Assembly (NCBI RefSeq): GCF_002787055.1
Contig: NZ_CP024808.1
Location: 460,328-492,327 of the forward strand
DNA: 32,000 nucleotides
Origin: Candidatus Nitrosotenuis aquarius
GTDB taxonomy: Archaea > Thermoproteota > Nitrososphaeria > Nitrososphaerales > Nitrosopumilaceae
Reading direction: 5' to 3'
The notes beneath the pieces are model-generated. The model was given only the letters and a program-made list of their open reading frames with translations. It did not search any database and was not told where the DNA came from. Positions within the stretch are counted from its first letter, which is position 1; every line of letters begins with the position of its first letter. Positions 8,603 to 14,828 of the stretch are shown here, piece after piece. The position numbers and the translations under genes were made by a program.

Positions 8603-9334
8603 TTGGCAGACATAACTATTGGGATTGCCGCAATTGCCGGACTGGGCTCATTTCTGGCACCATGCATTCTGCCTGTGATTCCAGCATTTTTGGCCTATAT
8701 CTCAGGCACGACAATTACTGATCTTCAGAGAAACCGCGGCATGCAAAGCCTGGCGACAAGCAAACTAAACATTTTACTAAACACAATATTTTTTGTTCTT
8801 GGATTTTCCATAGTTTTTTCAATATTTGGCGTGATACTAAACAGCGTACTTGTTAACAATGCAACCAATCTGATTTCAAGTTTTAACCAGATAGGAGGAG
8901 CAATAATTATCGGATTTGGAGCGTTCATGTTATTATCAACTAGAATTACGAAACTGAACTTTGAGAAGAAAATTTTCCCAAAGGTAGGAAAAGTAAGCTA
9001 CACGCTCTCGTTTGTGTTCGGCTTGGCGTTTGCGACAGGATGGACTCCATGCATTGGTCCGATTCTCGGAAGCATTCTCACATTAGCTGCGACAACACCA
9101 AGTCAGGCATTTACGTTGCTGCTTGCATATTCCATCGGATTGGGAATTCCGTTTATCCTAATGGGGGTATTTTTTTCAAAAATGACTCGAGTCATTAATG
9201 TGCTGAGCAGACATCTGAAATATTATTCCGTCATAATGGGAGGGCTAATCATACTGCTTGGAGTCCTAGTTTTAACAAACCAGCTTGCGACAATAGCTAG
9301 TTTTCCCATTTTGAACAATTTGTTACTTGGATGA
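8603..9334 (+). CDS. ccdA: CcdA/DsbD-family transmembrane thiol-disulfide electron transporter
   Basis: 243-aa polytopic membrane protein with the two conserved cysteine motifs FLAPCILPVIP and GWTPCIGPILG. The start codon is TTG. Confidence 0.85.
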   Translation: MADITIGIAAIAGLGSFLAPCILPVIPAFLAYISGTTITDLQRNRGMQSLATSKLNILLNTIFFVLGFSIVFSIFGVILNSVLVNNATNLISSFNQIGGAIIIGFGAFMLLSTRITKLNFEKKIFPKVGKVSYTLSFVFGLAFATGWTPCIGPILGSILTLAATTPSQAFTLLLAYSIGLGIPFILMGVFFSKMTRVINVLSRHLKYYSVIMGGLIILLGVLVLTNQLATIASFPILNNLLLG

Positions 9335-9338
9335 TATT

Positions 9339-10418
9339 ATGAAACCAGAGATAAGAACTGCATTAATCATGGGCGCAATAATTTCAGGACTAGTCGGTGG
9401 GCTAGGCACATATTTTTCCACTCTAGACCAACCTGATGATTTTACTGCACAAGACATGTCCAAAACTGACAAGAGCCGCTTCAAAAAGGCCCCAGAACTA
9501 GTCGGAATTGCAGGCTATATCAACTCGGATTCAACATTGCAGGAAGAGATCAGAGGCAAAGTAGTCCTATATGACATTTGGACATATAGCTGCATAAACT
9601 GCCAGCGAACCCTCCCATACATTACAGCATGGGATGAGAAATATTCAGACCAAGGACTAGTAATAATAGGAATACATTCGCCTGAATTTGAATTTGAAAA
9701 AGACATCAACAATGTAAAACGAGCAGTGGAAAAATTTGGAATAAAATATCCAGTGGTACTAGACAATGACAAAAAAACATGGGATGCGTTTGAAAATAGA
9801 TACTGGCCAAGAAAATATCTTGCAGATGATGAAGGATACATCAGATATGATCACATCGGCGAGGGAGCATATGATGAAACTGAAATGGTCATCCAGGAAT
9901 TACTAGAAGAGCGAGCAGAAAAGCTTGGAATCAAGGTATCTGCGCAGCCGCTAGTGGACATCGAACAATACAGACACGGATCTCGAACTCCAGAGCTGTA
10001 CTTTGGATATGACTTTGCGTTTGGCCGAAGTCAGATTGGAAACCCCGAGGGATTCAGACCAAACCAAGAAGTAACATACACAATACCAGACAAACTACAT
10101 GAAAACAATTTCTATTTGGATGGAACCTGGAAAAACCTTGAAGACAGAATGATATTGACATCAGAGTCAGGCAGAATTGTTTTGCCATACTTTGCAAAAC
10201 AAGTAAACATTGTGGCTGCCGGAGAATCAGAGATACAGATATTGCTTGATGGCAAAACAATTTCAGCTCAACATGCCGGCACAGATGTCAGAGATGGCAA
10301 AACAGCCATCAAAGAGGCCACGCTGTACAACCTAGTCAGTATGGAAGAGTCGTCATCTCACGTACTAGAGATTCAGGCAAGATCTGGCTTTGAAATCTAT
10401 ACGTTTACCTTTGGTTAG
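9339..10418 (+). CDS. Membrane-anchored thioredoxin-like (redoxin) protein with a C-terminal beta-rich domain, DipZ C-terminal-like
   Basis: It has a signal-anchor (MKPEIRTALIMGAIISGLVGGLG) and a redoxin domain with WTYSCINCQRT (CxxC) and YWPRKY, followed by about 150 further aa. ATG at 9339 lies 5 nt after the ccdA stop; the track ORF begins at an upstream TTG at 9327. Confidence 0.8.
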   Translation: MKPEIRTALIMGAIISGLVGGLGTYFSTLDQPDDFTAQDMSKTDKSRFKKAPELVGIAGYINSDSTLQEEIRGKVVLYDIWTYSCINCQRTLPYITAWDEKYSDQGLVIIGIHSPEFEFEKDINNVKRAVEKFGIKYPVVLDNDKKTWDAFENRYWPRKYLADDEGYIRYDHIGEGAYDETEMVIQELLEERAEKLGIKVSAQPLVDIEQYRHGSRTPELYFGYDFAFGRSQIGNPEGFRPNQEVTYTIPDKLHENNFYLDGTWKNLEDRMILTSESGRIVLPYFAKQVNIVAAGESEIQILLDGKTISAQHAGTDVRDGKTAIKEATLYNLVSMEESSSHVLEIQARSGFEIYTFTFG

Positions 10419-10420
10419 AC

Positions 10421-10469
10421 TTGTAACCATACCACCATGTAACCAGAGTTACACCATGTAAGGTTACAA
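10421..10469. promoter_or_regulatory. Nested palindrome immediately upstream of the cdvB-like promoter
   Basis: The outer 8-bp inverted repeat is TTGTAACC (10421-10428) / GGTTACAA (10462-10469). The inner 6-bp repeat is TGTAAC (10438-10443) / GTTACA (10448-10453). CCATGTAA occurs twice. A TTTAAAAG TATA-like box follows at 10475-10482. Confidence 0.45.
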
Positions 10470-10503
10470 ATTTCTTTAAAAGTAATTTTTCAAGCATTTT
10501 GAC

Positions 10504-11154
10504 ATGGGGTCATTAAGCGACAAATGGAATGATTTTGGAAGATCAGAAAGCCTCACACAAAAAATTGTCGATAAAGTAAAGCCAGACGTCCCACTCAAAA
10601 ACAAAATCGACGTAGCCCAGAAAAACCTCCAACTACAGATTGTCAAACTGGACGGAATCTCTCAAAAAATAAAACAAAAACACGATTACATTTTCAGCAA
10701 AATAGTTTCAGCACAAAAATCAAACAACAACTTGCACGCAAAGGCATATGCAACCGAATTATTGGAAATTAGAAAAATGCACAACATGGTAAATGGTGCA
10801 AAACTCGCACTAGAACAAATTCAGCTCAGACTTAACACAGTGTCAGAGCTTGGAGACATCGTGGTGACATTGAGCCCATGCATGTCTGTAATCAAGGGGC
10901 TAGGCAGCTCACTTTCTGGAATAATGCCAGAGGCAACATCATCGATGCAAAACCTCTCGCAAATACTAGGCGATGTGCTAACTGGATCTTCAATGAATGC
11001 TGCAGATGCCACGGTGTCCACATATAGTCCAAATTCAGACACGCTTGCAATACTAGAGGAAGCCCAAGCAGTAATTGAAGGCCAAGCAAGGGCAAGCATT
11101 CCAGAACCACCAACAAGCATAGCTAGTCAAGCAAGAAGAGAATCAATCATTTAG
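10504..11154 (+). CDS. cdvB: ESCRT-III / Snf7-family protein (CdvB paralogue)
   Basis: 216 aa with a predicted long helical hairpin pattern typical of Snf7/CdvB (KNLQLQIVKLDGISQKIKQK...ELLEIRKMHNMVNGAKLALEQIQLRLNTV). The C-terminal tail has a proline-rich IPEPP motif. No winged-helix extension is present. Confidence 0.75.
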   Translation: MGSLSDKWNDFGRSESLTQKIVDKVKPDVPLKNKIDVAQKNLQLQIVKLDGISQKIKQKHDYIFSKIVSAQKSNNNLHAKAYATELLEIRKMHNMVNGAKLALEQIQLRLNTVSELGDIVVTLSPCMSVIKGLGSSLSGIMPEATSSMQNLSQILGDVLTGSSMNAADATVSTYSPNSDTLAILEEAQAVIEGQARASIPEPPTSIASQARRESII

Positions 11155-11482
11155 ATTTCTTTTTGCTTTTTTCAATTAGAATTTTCTTTATCCTGGAAAT
11201 TGTAGGATAGCTGTATCCGCGGCGTCTGTAATTTGAGATCATCATTTTCCAGTTTTTTAGACGCCATTGCGCCTGCTCGTTTGTTATGGAGTGGATTTCT
11301 TTTTGTATGATGCTTTTTCTGCCCACCTTGAGAACCCCCGCGTCTTTTGCAGACCACCGGTTCTTGGCAAACTTGAGCCCTAGTAGAATTTCTTCAATAG
11401 GCATTTCTCTAAAACAATCTTCAATTATTTTGAGCTGAGCATCAGATGGTGTCTTTTGCACCTCAAGTTTTATCTCATCCAC
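11147..11482 (-). CDS. Hypothetical protein with possible C-terminal helix-turn-helix and a basic tail
   Basis: 111-aa ORF. RRRGYSYPTISRIKKIL resembles an HTH recognition segment, and the protein ends with KSKKKSK. I recognise no family. Confidence 0.5.
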   Translation of the reverse strand: MDEIKLEVQKTPSDAQLKIIEDCFREMPIEEILLGLKFAKNRWSAKDAGVLKVGRKSIIQKEIHSITNEQAQWRLKNWKMMISNYRRRGYSYPTISRIKKILIEKSKKKSK

Positions 11483-11618
11483 GTACGGCCTGACATGTTA
11501 TTTCTTAATAGAGAACTGATAAGCTAGTTTTAACAAAATACCAAGTGTATGTCTTGCCAACCTGTTTGTTTGTATAGTACAAAACCCATGATATTATGTG
11601 TGCAATGCAAGACAAATC

Positions 11619-12032
11619 ATGGTAGAAAAACACCTGCAAAAAAAAGACTTGCAAGCTGGAGGAGACGATCCGTTTGGAATCCAGGTCAGAAAACTGTATT
11701 TTCGAGAAGAAGAGACTGACACTAGAGAGCATTCTGAAAAAGTCAAAGATAAATTCGTAGAGGCGGGAAATGACACCAGAAATGCGAATCAGTATGTAAA
11801 ATTTGTAAATGCTCATTTGCAAGACAAAGTATCAAAACTTGAGAAAATTAAAGCAGATCAAAACAGATTTTGGGGGGAATTGGACATGTTCAAATCTGAA
11901 CCAAAGCCAGAACCAACTAGTACCAGACCGGAAATAGAGGAAGCAATGATAGTGCGGGATCTGTCTGCGATGATAAACAAATACGGCATTGAAAAGCTGA
12001 TCAGTGCGCTAGACAAAATATCAAGACAGTAA
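11619..12032 (+). CDS. Hypothetical charged/coiled-coil protein
   Basis: ORF with ATG at 11619 (the track ORF begins at an upstream GTG at 11598). It has a highly charged composition and I recognise no family. Confidence 0.45.
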   Translation: MVEKHLQKKDLQAGGDDPFGIQVRKLYFREEETDTREHSEKVKDKFVEAGNDTRNANQYVKFVNAHLQDKVSKLEKIKADQNRFWGELDMFKSEPKPEPTSTRPEIEEAMIVRDLSAMINKYGIEKLISALDKISRQ

Positions 12033-12068
12033 CAAAATTCAAGTACCATATCACATAATATCATTTTG

Positions 12069-12377
12069 ATGCGAGTCTTTTATTCGCAAAAAACAGAACA
12101 AGTAATCAGAATCCAGTTGACACAGTGGCGACAAATGATACAAGAACACCTGACTCGAAAACATCAAGACCTATCAGACAACTGGAAGACTTGTGCCCTA
12201 GGTGAGAGAATAAAAACAGAGGGAAAAGATCTTCAAAACCTCAAGGATCTGTCCCCAGAAGCAATAAAGTTAGGCTATGACTTTTCAGTAGCACTGCAAG
12301 AGCGAAATAATGCTCTGGCGCTGGAAATCATAGAAAAAATAGAAAAACTATCCACCATTTGGAGAAATGAATCGTAA
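12069..12377 (+). CDS. Hypothetical protein
   Basis: 102-aa ORF starting at ATG 12069 (TTG at 12066 in the track). I recognise no family. Confidence 0.45.
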   Translation: MRVFYSQKTEQVIRIQLTQWRQMIQEHLTRKHQDLSDNWKTCALGERIKTEGKDLQNLKDLSPEAIKLGYDFSVALQERNNALALEIIEKIEKLSTIWRNES

Positions 12378-12436
12378 GGCGATCTTGGATTAATTCTGAG
12401 ATTAGTTTAATAACCCAAATCAGGCGTAAAATTATC

Positions 12437-12682
12437 ATGAATAAGATTATGTCTGCCGCAATCTTTGCATCAGTTGTCCTAATGTTCGGCACAGTCGCAT
12501 CAGTACTAGAAATGGTACCAGATGCAGAGGCAATAAAGGCAAGAGGCACGTATCTGAAGGATACTGCTTCGAGTCAGAGACATACAGCATCCAAAGTCTG
12601 TGGCGACCAATTATGTGGAGGACTGATTGACTCGTCAACAGGATTGAAAAAGGGACAAATCAGCAGAGGCTTTTCAAGATAA
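12437..12682 (+). CDS. Small secreted/anchored protein, VCGDxLC family member 1
   Basis: 81 aa. It has an N-terminal hydrophobic signal segment (SAAIFASVVLMFGTVASV) followed by QRHTASKVCGDQLCGG. A TATA-like TTTAATAA box is centred about 27 nt upstream of the ATG. Confidence 0.55.
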   Translation: MNKIMSAAIFASVVLMFGTVASVLEMVPDAEAIKARGTYLKDTASSQRHTASKVCGDQLCGGLIDSSTGLKKGQISRGFSR

Positions 12683-12698
12683 GCACGACATCCTCTGA

Positions 12699-12725
12699 CT
12701 TTTTACTTTTTTAAACTAAAAAATA
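12699..12725. terminator. Bidirectional oligo-T terminator region between convergent genes
   Basis: The sequence CTTTTTACTTTTTTAAACTAAAAAAT lies in the 46-bp gap between the stops at 12682 (+) and 12729 (-). It gives T-tracts on both strands, the usual archaeal termination signal. Confidence 0.4.
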
Positions 12726-12728
12726 GAA

Positions 12729-13001
12729 TTATTGCCCTTTAATTTTCAGTAATTCTTGGTGTGTGTATGTATCGTATGGAGATTTGAATGTCTTTGACTT
12801 GAAGTTCCATTTGAAATATGGTTGACCTTCGCATAATTGATCACCACAGACACTGTTTCCCATCCATTTTGAGATCTTGTGTCTCTGCAGACCTTTACCT
12901 GAGGACTTTTTTGCTTCTGCAAATTGTCCTGCCTCGAGTGCATTAATTACTGTCATGGACAATAATATGCTGACTCCAATTAATGCTGCTAATTTGAGCA
13001 T
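12729..13001 (-). CDS. Small secreted/anchored protein, VCGDxLC family member 2
   Basis: From ATG 13001 the product begins MLKLAALIGVSILLSMTVINALEA, followed by ...QRHKISKWMGNSVCGDQLCEG. The longer ORF (start 13040) would contain the ATTAATTAAT TATA-like box that aligns with the promoter of the paralogue at 13314. Confidence 0.6.
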   Translation of the reverse strand: MLKLAALIGVSILLSMTVINALEAGQFAEAKKSSGKGLQRHKISKWMGNSVCGDQLCEGQPYFKWNFKSKTFKSPYDTYTHQELLKIKGQ

Positions 13002-13049
13002 GTTTTTGCTGAACTTTATTGCATTAATTAATCCATCCATTTATCGATA

Positions 13050-13071
13050 TTTCAAAACTCGAATTTAGAAA
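13050..13071. repeat. Near-palindromic box copy 1 (TTTCAAAACTCGAATTTAGAAA)
   Basis: Identical to copy 3. 18 of 22 positions are self-complementary. It lies 18 nt after the stop of the 13090-13314 gene and 17 nt upstream of the TATA-like box of the 12729-13001 gene. Confidence 0.8.
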
Positions 13072-13089
13072 TAAAGAATTTTAATGGTG

Positions 13090-13314
13090 TTAGTTATGTG
13101 GAGCGCTCTTGCCTATTCGCTTGACGGTTTTAAGGTGCGTGCCCTCTTTACAGAGCTCATCACCACAGACCTTCTTTGACCATTTGCTGAATTTGTGCTT
13201 TGGAGAGTCTTTTGCCGGCTTTGCGTCTGCTGGTTGATCGGCTGAGAAGCCCATCAATAACGCGCCAGAAAGCAATACTGCCATTGCTACAAGACCCATT
13301 GTTTTAGCAGCCAT
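13090..13314 (-). CDS. Small secreted/anchored protein, VCGDxLC family member 3
   Basis: 74 aa with the signal segment GLVAMAVLLSGALLMGFSA, followed by a Lys-rich PKHKFSKWSKKVCGDELCKEG. An AATTAATTA box is centred about 28 nt upstream of the ATG. Confidence 0.65.
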   Translation of the reverse strand: MAAKTMGLVAMAVLLSGALLMGFSADQPADAKPAKDSPKHKFSKWSKKVCGDELCKEGTHLKTVKRIGKSAPHN

Positions 13315-13360
13315 GTTAAACGTACCAATTGCTGTCTAATTAATTGATCTTTTTGTAATG

Positions 13361-13382
13361 TTTCAAAACTCGAATTTAGCAA
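13361..13382. repeat. Near-palindromic box copy 2 (TTTCAAAACTCGAATTTAGCAA)
   Basis: One mismatch to copies 1 and 3. It lies 6 nt after the NUDIX stop and 14 nt upstream of the TATA-like box of the 13090-13314 gene. Confidence 0.8.
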
Positions 13383-13388
13383 TATTTG

Positions 13389-13838
13389 TCATTTGTGCCT
13401 AGAATTCAACGCGTCACGAATCATCTTTTTGTGATGTGGCAAGGTCTTGCCAGGCAGCCTTGTAAAAAACCCATAGTCATCGCTTTGGTAATCTGTCTTG
13501 ATTTTTCCCCTTGATGGCACCACTATGAATCCATGCGAAATATCATGACGGAATTTGTTGAGGCTCTCATAGACTCCAACAAATCTTTTGATTTTTACAT
13601 TGAGGTTTAGCTCTTCTTTTGCGGATCTTTTGACTGCGCCTTGCAGAGTTTCATCCTTGTGGACCATGCTTCCAGGCAAATGCCAGTATCCCTTGTATGG
13701 ATTTCTGGTTCTTCTAGTCAGCAGGACAGACTTGCCATCAAGTATTATCAGGTCAACACATGAAAAAGCAAAATACTTTCTAAAGTGTTCATAGTCTTTT
13801 TGCGGTGCTTTTTTGACCAAGTTTTGGCAGACCCCCAC
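13389..13838 (-). CDS. NUDIX hydrolase
   Basis: The Nudix box is GSMVHKDETLQGAVKRSAKEELNL (Gx5Ex7REx2EExG-like). The GTG start at 13838 is uncertain. Confidence 0.85.
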   Translation of the reverse strand: MGVCQNLVKKAPQKDYEHFRKYFAFSCVDLIILDGKSVLLTRRTRNPYKGYWHLPGSMVHKDETLQGAVKRSAKEELNLNVKIKRFVGVYESLNKFRHDISHGFIVVPSRGKIKTDYQSDDYGFFTRLPGKTLPHHKKMIRDALNSRHK

Positions 13839-14406
13839 CTTTTGGAGTAAAACTGGGCTAAATTAACCAATTCTGTATGCCTAAAAATCCAAGATTTGGT
13901 AGAAATTTTGCCAATATTAGAAAACATCAAATTTTGCAAAACCATTCGTAAATGCTAAACCCCCCGGTATGAAGGCCTGGCTTACTCATGTAGTGATTTT
14001 TTCAAAAATGCTCAAAAACCATGGGGGTTTAACGTTTGTGCGTAACTAATACAGGCAAGCACCAAAACACCCCCATTGCCCAGCTAAGGACCTTGCAATT
14101 ATTTTTGATACGAGTAAAAGCTAAACCCCCGGTTTTTGGCAATTTTTTACCATTTTTTGGGTCAGTTTTTGATACCAAGTTTTGGTCTTTTTTCATCATT
14201 TTCTAAATTGAGTTTACTGGTGGTTTTTTGGAAAAATGTGCCCTCATTTCCCCATATTCTAAAATGGAAAATAATGGTAAATTTTTTAGAAAAAATAGAT
14301 AGAACTAGATGGGTTTTGTATCACACCACAATGCAAAACCAGGTAGTTTTGCGCGTATTTTTGTATTGTCGTAATTTAACACTGGTAGTACGGGGTTTAA
14401 ACTAGA
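13839..14406. other. 568-bp ORF-poor, T-tract-rich spacer carrying four G5/C5 repeat units in two inverted pairs
   Basis: The units are GCTAAACCCCCCGGT (13954-13968), AAAAACCATGGGGGTTTAACG (14014-14034), GCTAAACCCCCGGTTTTT (14120-14137) and CGGGGTTTAAAC (14391-14402). Several T5-T6 runs occur on the plus strand. Only low-quality ORFs are present. Confidence 0.6.
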
Positions 14407-14655
14407 CTAGTTTGTAAGGGTGACCTTTTCGCGGTTTTCTATGATTTCTACTTCTATTGTTTCCAACGGATCTTCTACCTGATTTCGCCTAATTGATAAT
14501 AATTTGGGTTTCTCAAAGTCCACCGTACAATCAGGACATGCATATACCAAGACCCTATGTTCGTTTGGCGCCTTTGGATTTGATAATCTGGGGTAATAGG
14601 TCAGTCTGCCACCGCAATCAATACAATAACGGTTGGCCCTTCTAGTTCTGGCCAT
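14407..14655 (-). CDS. Hypothetical zinc-ribbon protein
   Basis: 82 aa with CIDCGG...CPDC (two CxxC pairs). A strong Shine-Dalgarno GGAGGT sits 6 nt upstream of the ATG. Confidence 0.6.
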   Translation of the reverse strand: MARTRRANRYCIDCGGRLTYYPRLSNPKAPNEHRVLVYACPDCTVDFEKPKLLSIRRNQVEDPLETIEVEIIENREKVTLTN

Positions 14656-14746
14656 TGTAAACCTCCTGCATTATTGGATATCTGCGATCAGATATTAGAT
14701 CGGTTCGGTCTAAATGTATAAACCAGAATGGTTGCAACGATCAATG

Positions 14747-14768
14747 TTTCAAAACTCGAATTTAGAAA
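14747..14768. repeat. Near-palindromic box copy 3 (TTTCAAAACTCGAATTTAGAAA)
   Basis: Identical to copy 1. It lies 24 nt upstream (minus-strand sense) of the TTTATACATTTA TATA-like box of the zinc-ribbon gene. Confidence 0.8.
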
Positions 14769-14828
14769 TATTACACACAACACACATGCAAACCGGACTT
14801 GATGATTTGCCATCAGCAAAAACAAATA

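Noticed and set aside
11505-11822. 105-aa and 60-aa minus-strand ORFs overlapping the 11619-12032 gene
   Set aside because: The products are hydrophobic and low-complexity (FYILIRISGV..., SSSLQVFFLQVFF), typical of antisense frames. The plus-strand frame has more protein-like composition, though it is itself only moderately supported.
12729-13001. Similarity of WMGNSVCGDQLC to the class IIa bacteriocin pediocin box (YGNGVxCxxxxC)
   Set aside because: Only one of the three paralogues has the GNxV residues, and the spacing between Val and the first Cys differs. The match is too short to distinguish from chance.
13002-13040. Longer start (ATG 13040) for VCGDxLC family member 2
   Set aside because: The extra 13 codons contain the ATTAATTAAT box that aligns with the TATA-like box upstream of the paralogue at 13314. 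The internal Met gives a canonical signal-peptide N-terminus (MLKLAALIG...). It remains possible, so the start is flagged as uncertain.
14136-14405. 89-aa plus-strand ORF, the 65-aa ORF at 13748-13945 (-), and a 56-aa minus ORF at 14029-14199
   Set aside because: They have Phe/Leu-rich or Lys-rich low-complexity products driven by T-tracts. They have no start context or motifs and overlap the repeat units or the NUDIX start.
13839-14406. Replication origin (inverted ORB-like G-string repeats flanking AT-rich DNA)
   Set aside because: No orc1/cdc6 gene is adjacent. The surrounding genes converge toward 12.7 kb rather than diverging from this spot, and the repeats lack the dyad-plus-G-string layout I know for ORB elements. 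Marker-frequency data could reopen this.
13839-14406. Known structured RNAs (RNase P RNA, SRP/7S RNA, C/D box sRNA) in the ORF-poor spacer
   Set aside because: I found no GAGGAAAGUCC-type CR-I, no helix-8 SRP motifs, and no properly spaced box C (RUGAUGA) / box D (CUGA) pair. TGGCTTAC at about 13978 only superficially resembles RNase P CR-V. An Infernal scan would be decisive.
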